DNA from: Mayamaea pseudoterrestris
Taxonomy: Eukaryota
Assembly (NCBI GenBank): GCA_027923505.1
Contig: BROI01000002.1
Location: 1,550,001-1,614,000 of the forward strand
Reading direction: 5' to 3'
DNA: 64,000 nt
Shown piece by piece: positions 43,434-53,648 of the stretch. Within the stretch, counting starts at the first letter, position 1; each line of letters begins with the position of its first letter. The notes beneath the pieces are model-generated. The model searched no databases and was not told the origin of the DNA. It saw nothing but the letters and a program-made list of their open reading frames with translations. The position numbers were made by a program, and so were the translations under genes.

Positions 43434-45494
43434 TCACGCCGTGAGACTCTCGTCAAAGCTTTGGTCTGCGCCATGCTCGCCGTAGACTACTCTGACTGGC
43501 CCCATTGGCGTGCCCTTGACAAGGCTGCAGCTGGCGGTTCGGCCAGTCTCTGATTCGGTCGAAAGCTTGTTTAGCACCTTGTCAGTCTGGCTCTTGAGCG
43601 ACAAGATACCGCCACGAAACGACGTTACCAAGTCTGTACTGGCTCCGACCACTGCGGACTGTGCAGCCCGGCCCCAATTTGATCTATGAAAGCCTTCAGC
43701 TGTCGGGGCGGTGTGTTGTTCTGCTTCCTTGCGCATTTTATGAGGCTGAACATTCAATGCATTGCCATGATCCCTAGCTGGGACAGCCCGGTCTGTGAGC
43801 ACTGAACAAGGATTGGCGCTCAAAATATCACTATCATGGTCGCAACACTCAACGTCTTCAGGCTCCGCCTCCTCCGTCATGAGCAACAACGAATTGTCCA
43901 TGCCTTTTTGTAGTTCGTACTCTCGCAACGCCTCGAGTGCTTCGTTTTCTGACATGTTGCGTCGACGGCGGGCAATAAAGCCCAAGTATCGTTCAATTTC
44001 CGCCGACAATTCATTCGTTGCAGGAAAACGATCCATCTCCTTTTCAATCTTGCGCAAAATGGTAGCCTTTTCGCATGCATTACCAGCTCGAATGCGTCCC
44101 AACGTATCATTCAAGGACTTTGCTTCTAGCATGACCGTCGCCGCAGACAAAGCACCACCAGCAAACCTCGCCACCCGCGCCGTTCGCAAAAGCACCATGC
44201 CGGAGCGATTCAAAAGTCCCGCGTTCAATGCGGCAGTCTCGGCCACAGCCGTCATGGAGGTTCCGGCCGTTGCTCCAGCCAGCGAGGCAAACTCGACGCT
44301 TGCAGCGGCTGCTCGACCGGCCGTCATGCCAACCATGGCGCGAGACTCAAATGACTTGTCGTGTTCCAACATTGACTTATGACAAGCTGCAACACCATCC
44401 TTTCCGTCATCATCATCATCTTCGTCGTACATGCCCGAATGCAAGTGATCACGCGTAATCACTTCATGCAATGCCTTGACAATGCGCAGAATGGATCGCA
44501 CCATGCCATGCAGCGCAATCACTCGATCAGCGAGCTGGTTGGGCTCCGAGTAGTAGTTTCGAAGGTCGGTGCTCGTCTGCACCGCCGTCGCCGATCCGCC
44601 AAAGAGCAACGACGCCACCAATAGGGGCGGACCAACGGGCGTGAGAATCGTCGCCGCTGCGCAAACGCCCAAGACACCCGACACGACGCCGGCGCCACTG
44701 CTGCCAACGTTGACGCGATTCGTCTTGATCATGGAATCTTCTAGTGCAGTAGCCGTTGCTGGAACATATTGAGACGAGTATCGAAGCAGCAACAGCGCTC
44801 GATCGTATATATCCATCATGCGATCCATTAGATAGAGGCGATCCTGCGGAGACGGCGCCGTCAAGCATTCCACAACGTACTCTATGGAAAACAAGTGCTC
44901 GCAAGGTTGACAAAGCGTAATGTTTTCCTTGGCAAAGGCGGAGGATGCGTGCTTGGAACAGGTTGGTGCATTGCAAATGAGACAATTCTTGGGCGTTTTG
45001 CGAATCATCAAGTGCTGCGACGCCGCTTGCACTTGCTTTTTCGGAACGTCAAGGAACTTGCGGATGCGAGGAAACCTTTTCGACGATGCACCAGGACGCT
45101 CGTCAACCGCATCGCTACTCTTGCTCTTTGGTGACGATGGGCGCTCCAACAGACACTGCGAGCAAGACTGCAAGACTGCTTCGTCAAACCCAATGTTGCG
45201 ATCTTCGCACGCCAATTCCAAATTGAGCCGACGCATCTTCTCCAGCGACTCGTACGTCACGTTCAAGTCAATGGTATTGATTTTGTTCACACTTGCAGTA
45301 ATCGATTCTGGTGCAGCGTCTTGGGTTAAGTCTGTACTAGTAGATTCTCCACCAGTTCGCGGCTGCTGCTGCTGCGCGACGTGTCCATAAAAGGTGCCAA
45401 ACGGCAGCTCAATCTCGTAGACCCCGTCCGCGCCTCGAAAGTCGCGAATGATTCCGTCGCCGTATGGCGTCGAAACAAACGTGCCGTCCTTCAT
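43434..45494 (-). CDS. Zn-finger (FYVE-like) plus apolipoprotein-L-like domain protein
   Basis: CSQC...CLIC....C..H......LC.PC; hydrophobic Gly/Ala hairpin GSSGAGVVSGVLGVCAAATILTPVGPPLLVASLLFGG; C-terminal FAGGALSAATVMLEA......I..G...EKA..LR.I. Confidence 0.75.
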   Translation of the reverse strand: MKDGTFVSTPYGDGIIRDFRGADGVYEIELPFGTFYGHVAQQQQPRTGGESTSTDLTQDAAPESITASVNKINTIDLNVTYESLEKMRRLNLELACEDRNIGFDEAVLQSCSQCLLERPSSPKSKSSDAVDERPGASSKRFPRIRKFLDVPKKQVQAASQHLMIRKTPKNCLICNAPTCSKHASSAFAKENITLCQPCEHLFSIEYVVECLTAPSPQDRLYLMDRMMDIYDRALLLLRYSSQYVPATATALEDSMIKTNRVNVGSSGAGVVSGVLGVCAAATILTPVGPPLLVASLLFGGSATAVQTSTDLRNYYSEPNQLADRVIALHGMVRSILRIVKALHEVITRDHLHSGMYDEDDDDDGKDGVAACHKSMLEHDKSFESRAMVGMTAGRAAAASVEFASLAGATAGTSMTAVAETAALNAGLLNRSGMVLLRTARVARFAGGALSAATVMLEAKSLNDTLGRIRAGNACEKATILRKIEKEMDRFPATNELSAEIERYLGFIARRRRNMSENEALEALREYELQKGMDNSLLLMTEEAEPEDVECCDHDSDILSANPCSVLTDRAVPARDHGNALNVQPHKMRKEAEQHTAPTAEGFHRSNWGRAAQSAVVGASTDLVTSFRGGILSLKSQTDKVLNKLSTESETGRTASCSLVKGTPMGPVRVVYGEHGADQSFDESLTA

Positions 45495-46104
45495 GAATGA
45501 TAGATTCGTAATCGTGGGTGATGCGTGTGACTGCAATTCGATCAAGACAAGGGGTGCTGAGTGAGTAAGTCTAGCCCCGCCTTCAACAACTAAACTTGGT
45601 AAAAATCAGTAAGATTGAAGCTAGTCGCAATCATGTCATTCTTACTGTACATACCAAAATGTTGAGCAAACTGAATAGTCTTTTACAAAGACGAGGCCTC
45701 GCCGTTGATGGCTGAAGTTCTCTTCAGCGGGTCAATCGCGGCGCGCGCCGCGTTTCGGTTCCGAGCGTGACGCACGAGTGAAATGATTCACTAATTTTAG
45801 TCACGCATATGACGTCATTGAAGACCATCGCCAAAATCGCTCTCCCGGTGTCACACTCCTCGATCGGCGACGAATATTTCCTCGAGCCATCGGGTGCGCC
45901 ATCAGCTCGCCATCCTTTGCTTGGTTGCGTTGAGCTATTTGAAAGTTTGACAGCAGCAGCAAGTAATATTCTTGTTGTGCATGTATTAGGGCCGCTATAG
46001 ACTAAATTCACTGCTTTGAACAGCGTTTGGAAATTGATCGAGACTGCTCCGACCACCGACCACTTTCGGCTCCACCCTCGCACAATACCTATTAATTGAA
46101 TAGC

Positions 46105-47847
46105 ATGGTGACCAAGACTAAAAATCAGAGACGAAGCTCTGGTGATCGCGATAATGCGAAGCAACGGCGTCAACTGTACGAGAAGGCCAAGCGAGCCAAG
46201 GAGGGAGCTGCAACAACTACGGCTGCCAAAGATACTGCAGTTGTCAAGGAAGCTCCTCCATCCAATTCGCAACAACGAAAGCAAGAATTGGCACGGCATC
46301 ATAAATCGAAAAGGACAAGCGCTCCTCTTCGACCGAGGGAACAGCCTAGCAACGCCCGACGAATGCCCTTGCTCGCAGAGTCTCGCGTCGATGACGAGGA
46401 CAATTCGGATTCATCGGCGTCGTCCCTCGAGGCGGAAAGCACCTTTTCCAATCCTCCGACTCCCAAAGTTTACTTGCCAAAGACTCTGGGGAGCCTGTCA
46501 AGTGTCTTGACGAACGAGTCGTCCGACTTTGACGAGTCAACACTTCCCAGCATGGCAACGACTGATTCGTTTTTGCAGTCGCGCAGTCCAACGAGTCAAA
46601 ACAGTCGCATGCAGAGCAATACGTTCACATCTGGGACAAGCCGATCCCAAACACTTTCACCAAGCTCATACGGATCGCAAACCTTTCAGTCGCAAGTAAA
46701 CATGAAGGCTCCAAAGCAGCAGCGAAACGCTGCATCATCCACCGCGAGCAGTGACGTTTACGTGCCATCGCCAAAGCACCGACAAAAGCTCAACCAATGG
46801 TACCAAAAGCGCTTGCCGGTACTTTCGGCGTCAAGATCCACCAACAACTCGCAACGATCGTTGGAGCAAAACGAAACAAAAACAATTGGAGCCGACGACT
46901 TGACCATGGGAGATACAGCCACGTACGTGTCATACTATTCCGATGACGACGACGAGGAGGATGCCACAGCCATGTCGGGCAGTCGATACAAATACTATAA
47001 GAATGATATTTTGGCAAACGACGACGGCGACTATCTGCATACGAAGCAAGAGTTTGCCTACTGCTCGATTGGCTTGACTGGTATACAACTGTTGGTGCTC
47101 ATGATGCAGCTTGCCATGTGCGGCATGGCTGACATTGAAAGCAATCCGCTGGGAGGACCTTGGCCAGATGCCTATTCAGAGTTTGGCGGCAAGAATTCAT
47201 ACTTGATGATTACCAAGGAGCAGTGGTGGCGGCTAGTGTCGCCGTCCTTGCTGCATGTTGGTATTTTACATTTACTGGCCAATGCATTTTGTCAGTTGGA
47301 GGCCATTGCCTTGTTTGAGCGGGAGTGGGGATCATTTCGATGGATATTAATATATTTAATCAGTTCGGTCGGCTGTTCGGGCATGGCGTCCATTTTCGAT
47401 CCAGACACAATCGCCGTGGGGAGTTCCGGGGCCTTGATGGGACTGTACGCGGCCAAGCTGGCGCAAGTCACGACGGGTATGTGTTTCACCGTCAGCAAGA
47501 AGCATATGAATGATGCCATTCGACTGGATCAGCTAAGTAGCGTCTTGTGTGGTTTGACGCTAGTGTCCATGATGAGTTGCTTTACATACATTGACTGGAG
47601 CGGACACTTTGGCGGGCTCGTCTCGGGCTTTTTGTCGGGCATGGTATTGTTCAGCTATCCCATCAAGAGCTGTTGTTCGTGGTTCTTTTGGTCACTCTTT
47701 GGTTTGGCAGGTCTAATAGGAACACTGGGTATTGTCTTTTACTACCTCATGCTGACATATGAGCCGTTCGATGAACTAGGGGATGTCTGCGAGTACTTTC
47801 GAGCATTGTTTCCGGAGACATACGAATGCGGCTGCATGAATCTGTAA
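46105..47847 (+). CDS. Rhomboid intramembrane serine protease with long disordered N-terminus
   Basis: NPL.GP, QWWRL.SP..LH.G..HL..N, catalytic VGSSGA..GL and ID..GH.GG...G. Confidence 0.93.
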   Translation: MVTKTKNQRRSSGDRDNAKQRRQLYEKAKRAKEGAATTTAAKDTAVVKEAPPSNSQQRKQELARHHKSKRTSAPLRPREQPSNARRMPLLAESRVDDEDNSDSSASSLEAESTFSNPPTPKVYLPKTLGSLSSVLTNESSDFDESTLPSMATTDSFLQSRSPTSQNSRMQSNTFTSGTSRSQTLSPSSYGSQTFQSQVNMKAPKQQRNAASSTASSDVYVPSPKHRQKLNQWYQKRLPVLSASRSTNNSQRSLEQNETKTIGADDLTMGDTATYVSYYSDDDDEEDATAMSGSRYKYYKNDILANDDGDYLHTKQEFAYCSIGLTGIQLLVLMMQLAMCGMADIESNPLGGPWPDAYSEFGGKNSYLMITKEQWWRLVSPSLLHVGILHLLANAFCQLEAIALFEREWGSFRWILIYLISSVGCSGMASIFDPDTIAVGSSGALMGLYAAKLAQVTTGMCFTVSKKHMNDAIRLDQLSSVLCGLTLVSMMSCFTYIDWSGHFGGLVSGFLSGMVLFSYPIKSCCSWFFWSLFGLAGLIGTLGIVFYYLMLTYEPFDELGDVCEYFRALFPETYECGCMNL

Positions 47848-48171
47848 CTAAGGACAACGGCGGTTCCAGCATGAATTCGTAAACAAGGATAAGGACGGAT
47901 GAGACATCAAAGCATGCATGGTATCGTGGTGAACATATACGAATATCTAGTCTCCCCAAACGGCAGAGCTAAGAATTGCTGTTCGCGGACTGTCATACAA
48001 TTTTCTCATAACAGGATTTGCACAGTTCCCGATACTCGTACCAGTAGAACACTTTTTGTAAAAAACTGACCGGCTGGCCTTTATCTTAAAAACGAAGATC
48101 TATTACGAGTGTCCCATAGAGTAGAATCAAGTGACTTTAAATCGGTGTATCCTTAATCTGTGTGATTCGAC

Positions 48172-49338
48172 CTACCATCCGTCGAGATAATCATCCGGCG
48201 CTTCCGGAGGCAGGTAGCACCGCTGTCGATCGGAAGCGTTTCGCACCAAGAGTCCACCGTCGCGGCGCAGCATGAGTGGATAGTTATTGTCACTATCATT
48301 GTCATTGTTACTGGGACACGAGTAAACGTAGCTCGAGTTTGGCTTGTTTCGTATCTCGCGCACGTACGTGACACTGTTGGAAAAGGTGGAAAGGTGCGTG
48401 CCGACAAAAACAGTCGCCTCGATTGCCACCCAAAAGTCCAGCAGGGCCACTTCGTTGTAGCTCAAGTTACGTAGCGCCGCAGTGCAATGGTTGGACCACG
48501 ACTTGTGAAAGGCGTGCTGATGTGGATTCATGCTTGGCCATATTTCTTGCGGCATTTCGTTGCGATGCCGCCAGGCAACCTTGCCATATAGCAGCACCAC
48601 CGTCTGGTAGTTTAGATTGGAAACGGACGCTGCAATCTGCGTCGGCGTGTAGCAGGCGTTGACGCCGTCCTCCCGCAGGCTGCGCTTTTCGCAGTAGGGA
48701 TACCAGTCGCTTTCAATGCGCAAATGCACGGCCAAGTAGTTTTTGTGTCGTGTTTGATTGCCGTAGCAAGTGTCGTAAGCGAGCGCCAGAGATTTTGGAA
48801 GAACCATGTGGCGATAGGTCCACTCGTGCAGTGGTCCTCGACTCTGCATACTCTTGGCAATGTCCAGGGGTCTGTCGTAATGTATTTTGGGAATGCCGGA
48901 ACCAGCAATCTCATCCTCGGAGAATAGGCGGCAATGAAACTGCTCTCTCGCAATGCGCTGGAGCGCTGCAATATCCTCATCACTGTACATGGAGAATGGC
49001 GTATCGCTGGACAGTCGCAGCGCTCCGCCAACGTCCAAATCCTTGGGCAGCAAGACTGCTGCTGCTGCATTCGATTCATTGGCCTGCTGCCGCGCCAGTT
49101 GACAGCCTTGCTGTATTTGTCCCGCAATGACGGACATTAACAAATTGTTGAGGCAGCATTTGGAGTGAAAGTTAGTCTTGTCGTGGTACAAGACGAAACT
49201 AATCATGTCGTTACTTTCGATGCGTCTATTCGAGGAACGCAGCAGAAAGGAGCGCAAGCAGACAAAGACAACGAGTTCTACTAATAACACTGTCACGACG
49301 ACTCGTTTCTTTAGTCGCGTCTTGTGCTTGACCATCAT
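48172..49338 (-). CDS. GDP-fucose O-fucosyltransferase-family glycosyltransferase (type II Golgi)
   Basis: N-terminal TM helix; YLAVHLRIESDW..YC; ALLDFWVA..A.VFVG...STFS..V...R. Confidence 0.85.
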   Translation of the reverse strand: MMVKHKTRLKKRVVVTVLLVELVVFVCLRSFLLRSSNRRIESNDMISFVLYHDKTNFHSKCCLNNLLMSVIAGQIQQGCQLARQQANESNAAAAVLLPKDLDVGGALRLSSDTPFSMYSDEDIAALQRIAREQFHCRLFSEDEIAGSGIPKIHYDRPLDIAKSMQSRGPLHEWTYRHMVLPKSLALAYDTCYGNQTRHKNYLAVHLRIESDWYPYCEKRSLREDGVNACYTPTQIAASVSNLNYQTVVLLYGKVAWRHRNEMPQEIWPSMNPHQHAFHKSWSNHCTAALRNLSYNEVALLDFWVAIEATVFVGTHLSTFSNSVTYVREIRNKPNSSYVYSCPSNNDNDSDNNYPLMLRRDGGLLVRNASDRQRCYLPPEAPDDYLDGW

Positions 49339-49713
49339 CTAGATAGACTAAATGGCATGTAACTGCGCATGTGAGCAGGAAAGACTGGGCAGGGGCTCTC
49401 TTGATGATGGTCGATCGTCGTCGTCGTTTTTCCTTCATGCGAATTTGGAACAGGCTGTTCAACACGTTTGAAATCACACTCGCTACTTTGGTATTCATGA
49501 AACTATTGGCCAATGAGAATGACGAATTAGCTTATCGATTCGATGAGGCACGTGGCCGCGATCCCCTTCGTACCGGTACTGAGGGTGACAACGATGCGAC
49601 ACGAAAAGGATTCGCGACGATGCGTTCCGGCGGCCTCGGATGCGCGCATCCTTCACTTGTTTACACATTACTTGACAAGCAAGCATATCATATTACCTGA
49701 TCGGTCCTTCATC

Positions 49714-50761
49714 ATGTCAAGCTTTAGCGTAAGTCTTGCGTGATGAGCGTGCTCGATCCCTTTGGAAGACGAAGCTCGTCGTTTCGCCTCGTGACAGCTG
49801 CATTCCCTCCATAATATCATGTCACTCACTCTTGATGCTTCTTTTGCAAATAACAGACCATTCATTTGAACAGCAAGCAAGCCGTCACGAACCTCTTGAC
49901 GCAGGCTCCCTTTGAGGTTCCAAAGCTGCAGGCTGCCTACGACCAGTATTTTCCCAACGAGCCGCTGTCCGTGACGCGCCAGTCGCTGACAAAGGCGGGT
50001 AGCAGCAGGAACGCGGCATTAGAGGAAACGCTCACCACAACGTTGGATGCGGTGGATATGGTACTGACCACCATGGGGACGGTGGAACGATTCATGTGAG
50101 TGTAGTGTTGACGAGAGAGAGAGAGAATGACATGTGTCTCACTCAATGCGTTTATTATACTCGTTCCATCTCGTAACACAGTCACCTTTCCATTCCCAAA
50201 ATGGAGGACGGCAACAACTTTGGAGTCACGATTCAGTTGCAAGCCCTGAAACACATTAACGACTCGCAGGAGAAGCTGCAAAAGCAGCTGGAGGAGCTGG
50301 TCAAGTATTATGCGACGCGCGCCGACGCGGTCGAAAAGTGCAAGCTTCCCTCCACGTCCAGCACCATGACGACAACCAAGGTGGAAGCGAATGCTAGTGG
50401 CACGGACAAGGAGAAGGGTGACACTGCCAACTCATCCACGTCGCAAACTGTCGAACAAAAGAAAGTGGAGTCGTCCTCGACAGCTTCGGAACTAGTCTTT
50501 CGACAGGATGCCGTGGTTGCCGTGGACGTTTTGTTCTACAGCAAGGCCAAGAATTTGTTTTCGCTGGCACTGACGAGCTTGCTTTCGGCGCTGGACTTTG
50601 TCCAAAAGAATCAGGAAAAGATTGAAGCTCCGCGGGTATGTACAGGACAAGTGTCGTAACTGTTGTCGCGTTCAATGGCATCCCGCCTAACCTTTTCTTT
50701 TTCTCATTCATTTTGTAAACAGGGCAAGAATACAGGGACTGCCTACTCCTCCATGTACTAG
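49714..50761 (+). CDS. Proteasome activator PA28/11S REG subunit
   Basis: Exons 49714-49728, 49857-50095, 50182-50635 and 50723-50761. Activation loop IPKMEDGNNFGV.IQ, Y..TR.DAV.K, D...KN.EKI..PRG and C-terminal SSMY. Confidence 0.92.
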
Positions 50762-50880
50762 GCGGTGCTTGATGACGACTGATGGAACGAAAAATATGCA
50801 AATACTTGTTCTTGTCTGCTGCGAAGAGTTGGACAGGACTAGTAGCACTAACTGTAAACGTTCAATCATTTAACGTAAAA

Positions 50881-50990
50881 GCAATACAAATATCCATTGT
50901 TTTACTTGTTACTGATCTGTCGGATGATCAAATAAGGTAGATGCAATACAAATATCCATTGATTTTACTTGTTACTGATTTGTCGGATGA
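50881..50990. repeat. Direct duplication of 47/48 bp spanning a stop codon
   Basis: 50881-50927 versus 50943-50990 differ by one indel and one substitution. Confidence 0.9.
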
Positions 50991-53220
50991 GTTTGCTAAC
51001 GACAAAGGAACCCTCGCGCTTCATCTCGTCCACCGTTGTCAACAAATCCTTTTTAATTTCCGTGATCAAATTGTCCGAAGCAACGCTGACATCGTCATTG
51101 CTATTCGTATACATGCCCAAGCCTCCACACTGAAAGCGATTCAACACGGGAGTGGCCCGACTCGCACTAGCCTCCGTGGCCGACATGGAGCTATCGTCCG
51201 ACGTGGACTGCTGTCGTACGAACAAGTCGCTTCCCTTGGTCAGCAGCGTCGACTTTTTTCCAGCAACCCAAATGGAGCTTTCGGCATCTCCGCTAGACGT
51301 GGCTTGCATGTCCAGCAACTCCATCACCGAATCGCGTGTCAGCGAGTCCTCCGAACATGTTCCCGACTCGCGTGAGGCAGAGTAGTGCTCGGAGCGTTTC
51401 GACTGCGAGGATGTAGCAGACGCTTGAGCGTTATAAACCGTCGCCATCGGTGTTTCGAGGGGCAACGTTGACTTGGAAGGTTTCTTCGTCAAAGATTCCG
51501 ACATAGTGAAAACCTCATTGTTGGTGGCCACTACTGGCAATGATTCTTGAATCGGCACAAAGGAGCTTGCTTCCGGCTTGCGATACATGCGTCCCAAGAA
51601 GTGCTTCACGTAGTCATGAGGTGATGATATACGATCTGGGACTTCAAACGTACCATCTGGTGCGAGGATTTGATCCTTGAGCTCATCTAGATCGCTTGAC
51701 CCCGGCGTCGCTCGACTATCGAGCAAGCTAAACAAGCTGCCAGCACGGCTAGCGCGACTGTCGCGACCAGCAGGTGCCTTCACGTACTGCAGTGAATCAG
51801 AATCTTGTCCCGTCACCAAACTACGCTGCCCCTCTTGCTCAGTAATCTGTACGACTTCTCCATCGTCCGATCCCACGACGCTTCCATGAGCCGAAGCATT
51901 ATCACTTTTGACTAGTTCACTTGTCTGATCACTCATCGATCTGGGTGGTGACAGTGGATCAGCAGGTAATTCTTGAGCCAATTGCGGCTGCGTACTGCCG
52001 GAGCTTCCTTGTCGGAACGACCCATGGCGCTCCTGAACAAACGTGGCAAACATTTCTTCGTAGCCCCGATCTGGTTGTGCATCATATAGAATGTCGTTCG
52101 GAAATTCCGAGGACGGCGCAGCAGCAGGGGCTTCTCCTTTTAACGTCGGAGACGGACCCATGTTTGACTTGCTACCACCGCCAAAAGGTGGGCTGTAGAG
52201 TGGACGGCTGTAGAGCTGACGATTTGTTTGTTTCTGTGACGGAACGTATGCTGGAGGAAGTGTCAAGTCATCCAAATCATCAAATTGGTCTTCATTTGTA
52301 GAAAACACAATCTCCTTGACTGGCCTCTTGTCGTTTGCTTTAAAGTCTTCATGGACCATCCAGGAGGTGGATTCGGTGATGGCCGCTGCACTCAGTCTTG
52401 GGCGATCTCCCTTGTCTGGGATAAAAGTAGTTGTCGTAACAGAGATCCTTGGCTGCGGCAAATCCGTCGCAGCTGCGTCTAAACGCGGAGCTGTGTTTGC
52501 TTTTGGGACGATACCGTCGGCGTACAAGCTCGATTGATCTTTGTGACTTCTTGTTGTCTCCATCCCTGCTTGCCTATTTGTCTTCTGTGGCGGCGATAAG
52601 CAAGCTTCAACTCCGGCGTAATCATGTTCCTTCTTATCCATTTCATCCAGAATAAGCTCGACTCCTTCTTCTGTCACGTCGGACAGCTTCTTGCGCAATG
52701 AGTCCGAATAAATCGGACACGACGAGATTCTTCGCAGCAAAGCTGGTCCAGGCAATTCCTCATCTGCACTATCGTCGTCATAGCACTGAGCGATCAACGC
52801 CGCCTTTGCTCGCACCGCAGCATTGTTCCGGTTCCGTGGAAACTCGTTATTCCAAAGCGCGGGGACCATGCTGATGCCTCTGCCTCTGCGGATGGTCCGG
52901 TTCATGTTTCGGCTCGACAGACTCATTCCGAGAATTGACTCTACCGATGTCGTTGGCTCGGTACGATGATCTTGTGATGGATCATCGCAGGATGAGTCAT
53001 AGTTCGATGGAACCTCAGACGTTGAGCCGGACTTGCGACGCTCAACCTTGTTGTTCTTTCGAATTTCCTTCGCGCTGCTCTTGGTCGATGCTGAACTCTT
53101 TTTCATCGCAAACAGTCTCCCAAATGGCTTTAAGCGTAGCGACAGCGCACTACGCTTCTTTGGTATGACCGTCTCCGCATGCCCGACAGTCTCAAAGTAG
53201 TCCTTGACCTCAATTTCCAT
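50965..53220 (-). CDS. Hypothetical low-complexity, Ser-rich disordered protein
   Basis: ~750-aa intronless ORF with no recognisable domain. Confidence 0.7.
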   Translation of the reverse strand: MEIEVKDYFETVGHAETVIPKKRSALSLRLKPFGRLFAMKKSSASTKSSAKEIRKNNKVERRKSGSTSEVPSNYDSSCDDPSQDHRTEPTTSVESILGMSLSSRNMNRTIRRGRGISMVPALWNNEFPRNRNNAAVRAKAALIAQCYDDDSADEELPGPALLRRISSCPIYSDSLRKKLSDVTEEGVELILDEMDKKEHDYAGVEACLSPPQKTNRQAGMETTRSHKDQSSLYADGIVPKANTAPRLDAAATDLPQPRISVTTTTFIPDKGDRPRLSAAAITESTSWMVHEDFKANDKRPVKEIVFSTNEDQFDDLDDLTLPPAYVPSQKQTNRQLYSRPLYSPPFGGGSKSNMGPSPTLKGEAPAAAPSSEFPNDILYDAQPDRGYEEMFATFVQERHGSFRQGSSGSTQPQLAQELPADPLSPPRSMSDQTSELVKSDNASAHGSVVGSDDGEVVQITEQEGQRSLVTGQDSDSLQYVKAPAGRDSRASRAGSLFSLLDSRATPGSSDLDELKDQILAPDGTFEVPDRISSPHDYVKHFLGRMYRKPEASSFVPIQESLPVVATNNEVFTMSESLTKKPSKSTLPLETPMATVYNAQASATSSQSKRSEHYSASRESGTCSEDSLTRDSVMELLDMQATSSGDAESSIWVAGKKSTLLTKGSDLFVRQQSTSDDSSMSATEASASRATPVLNRFQCGGLGMYTNSNDDVSVASDNLITEIKKDLLTTVDEMKREGSFVVSKLIRQISNK

Positions 53221-53648
53221 GGTTGCTTGCTTGGTGTGAGTCGACCGTGAGAGGCGAATGTGGGGTTTCGCGGCGCCTACCAAGCTCAATTTTTCATTTG
53301 GCGGAGTCGAGCTACGCCATGAATTTGGAGAAATGGACGAGCGATTGACATGTCAAAACGTTCAAGATAACTTGGAATTTCTTGCAAGCGAAACCCAAGC
53401 CATTCTACCTAAGAATCCCGGACGAGCCGCGGAAATTGTCGAGTGATCGACCAAAAATGACAGGCCGCCTCGCGCGTTCGGGACGCGGCGGCATGACCTG
53501 CGCGCCCAAACGAGTCACGGAGCGACATTTAGCTACGTTTGCTCTTGTGCAGCTTGCTGCTGCGCCTCAAACGTGCAGTTTTGCGAACCGTGCGACGGGT
53601 TTTCATTGCAACCACAAGCAAGCACATCTCGCCGCGGTTACAGCAGCC

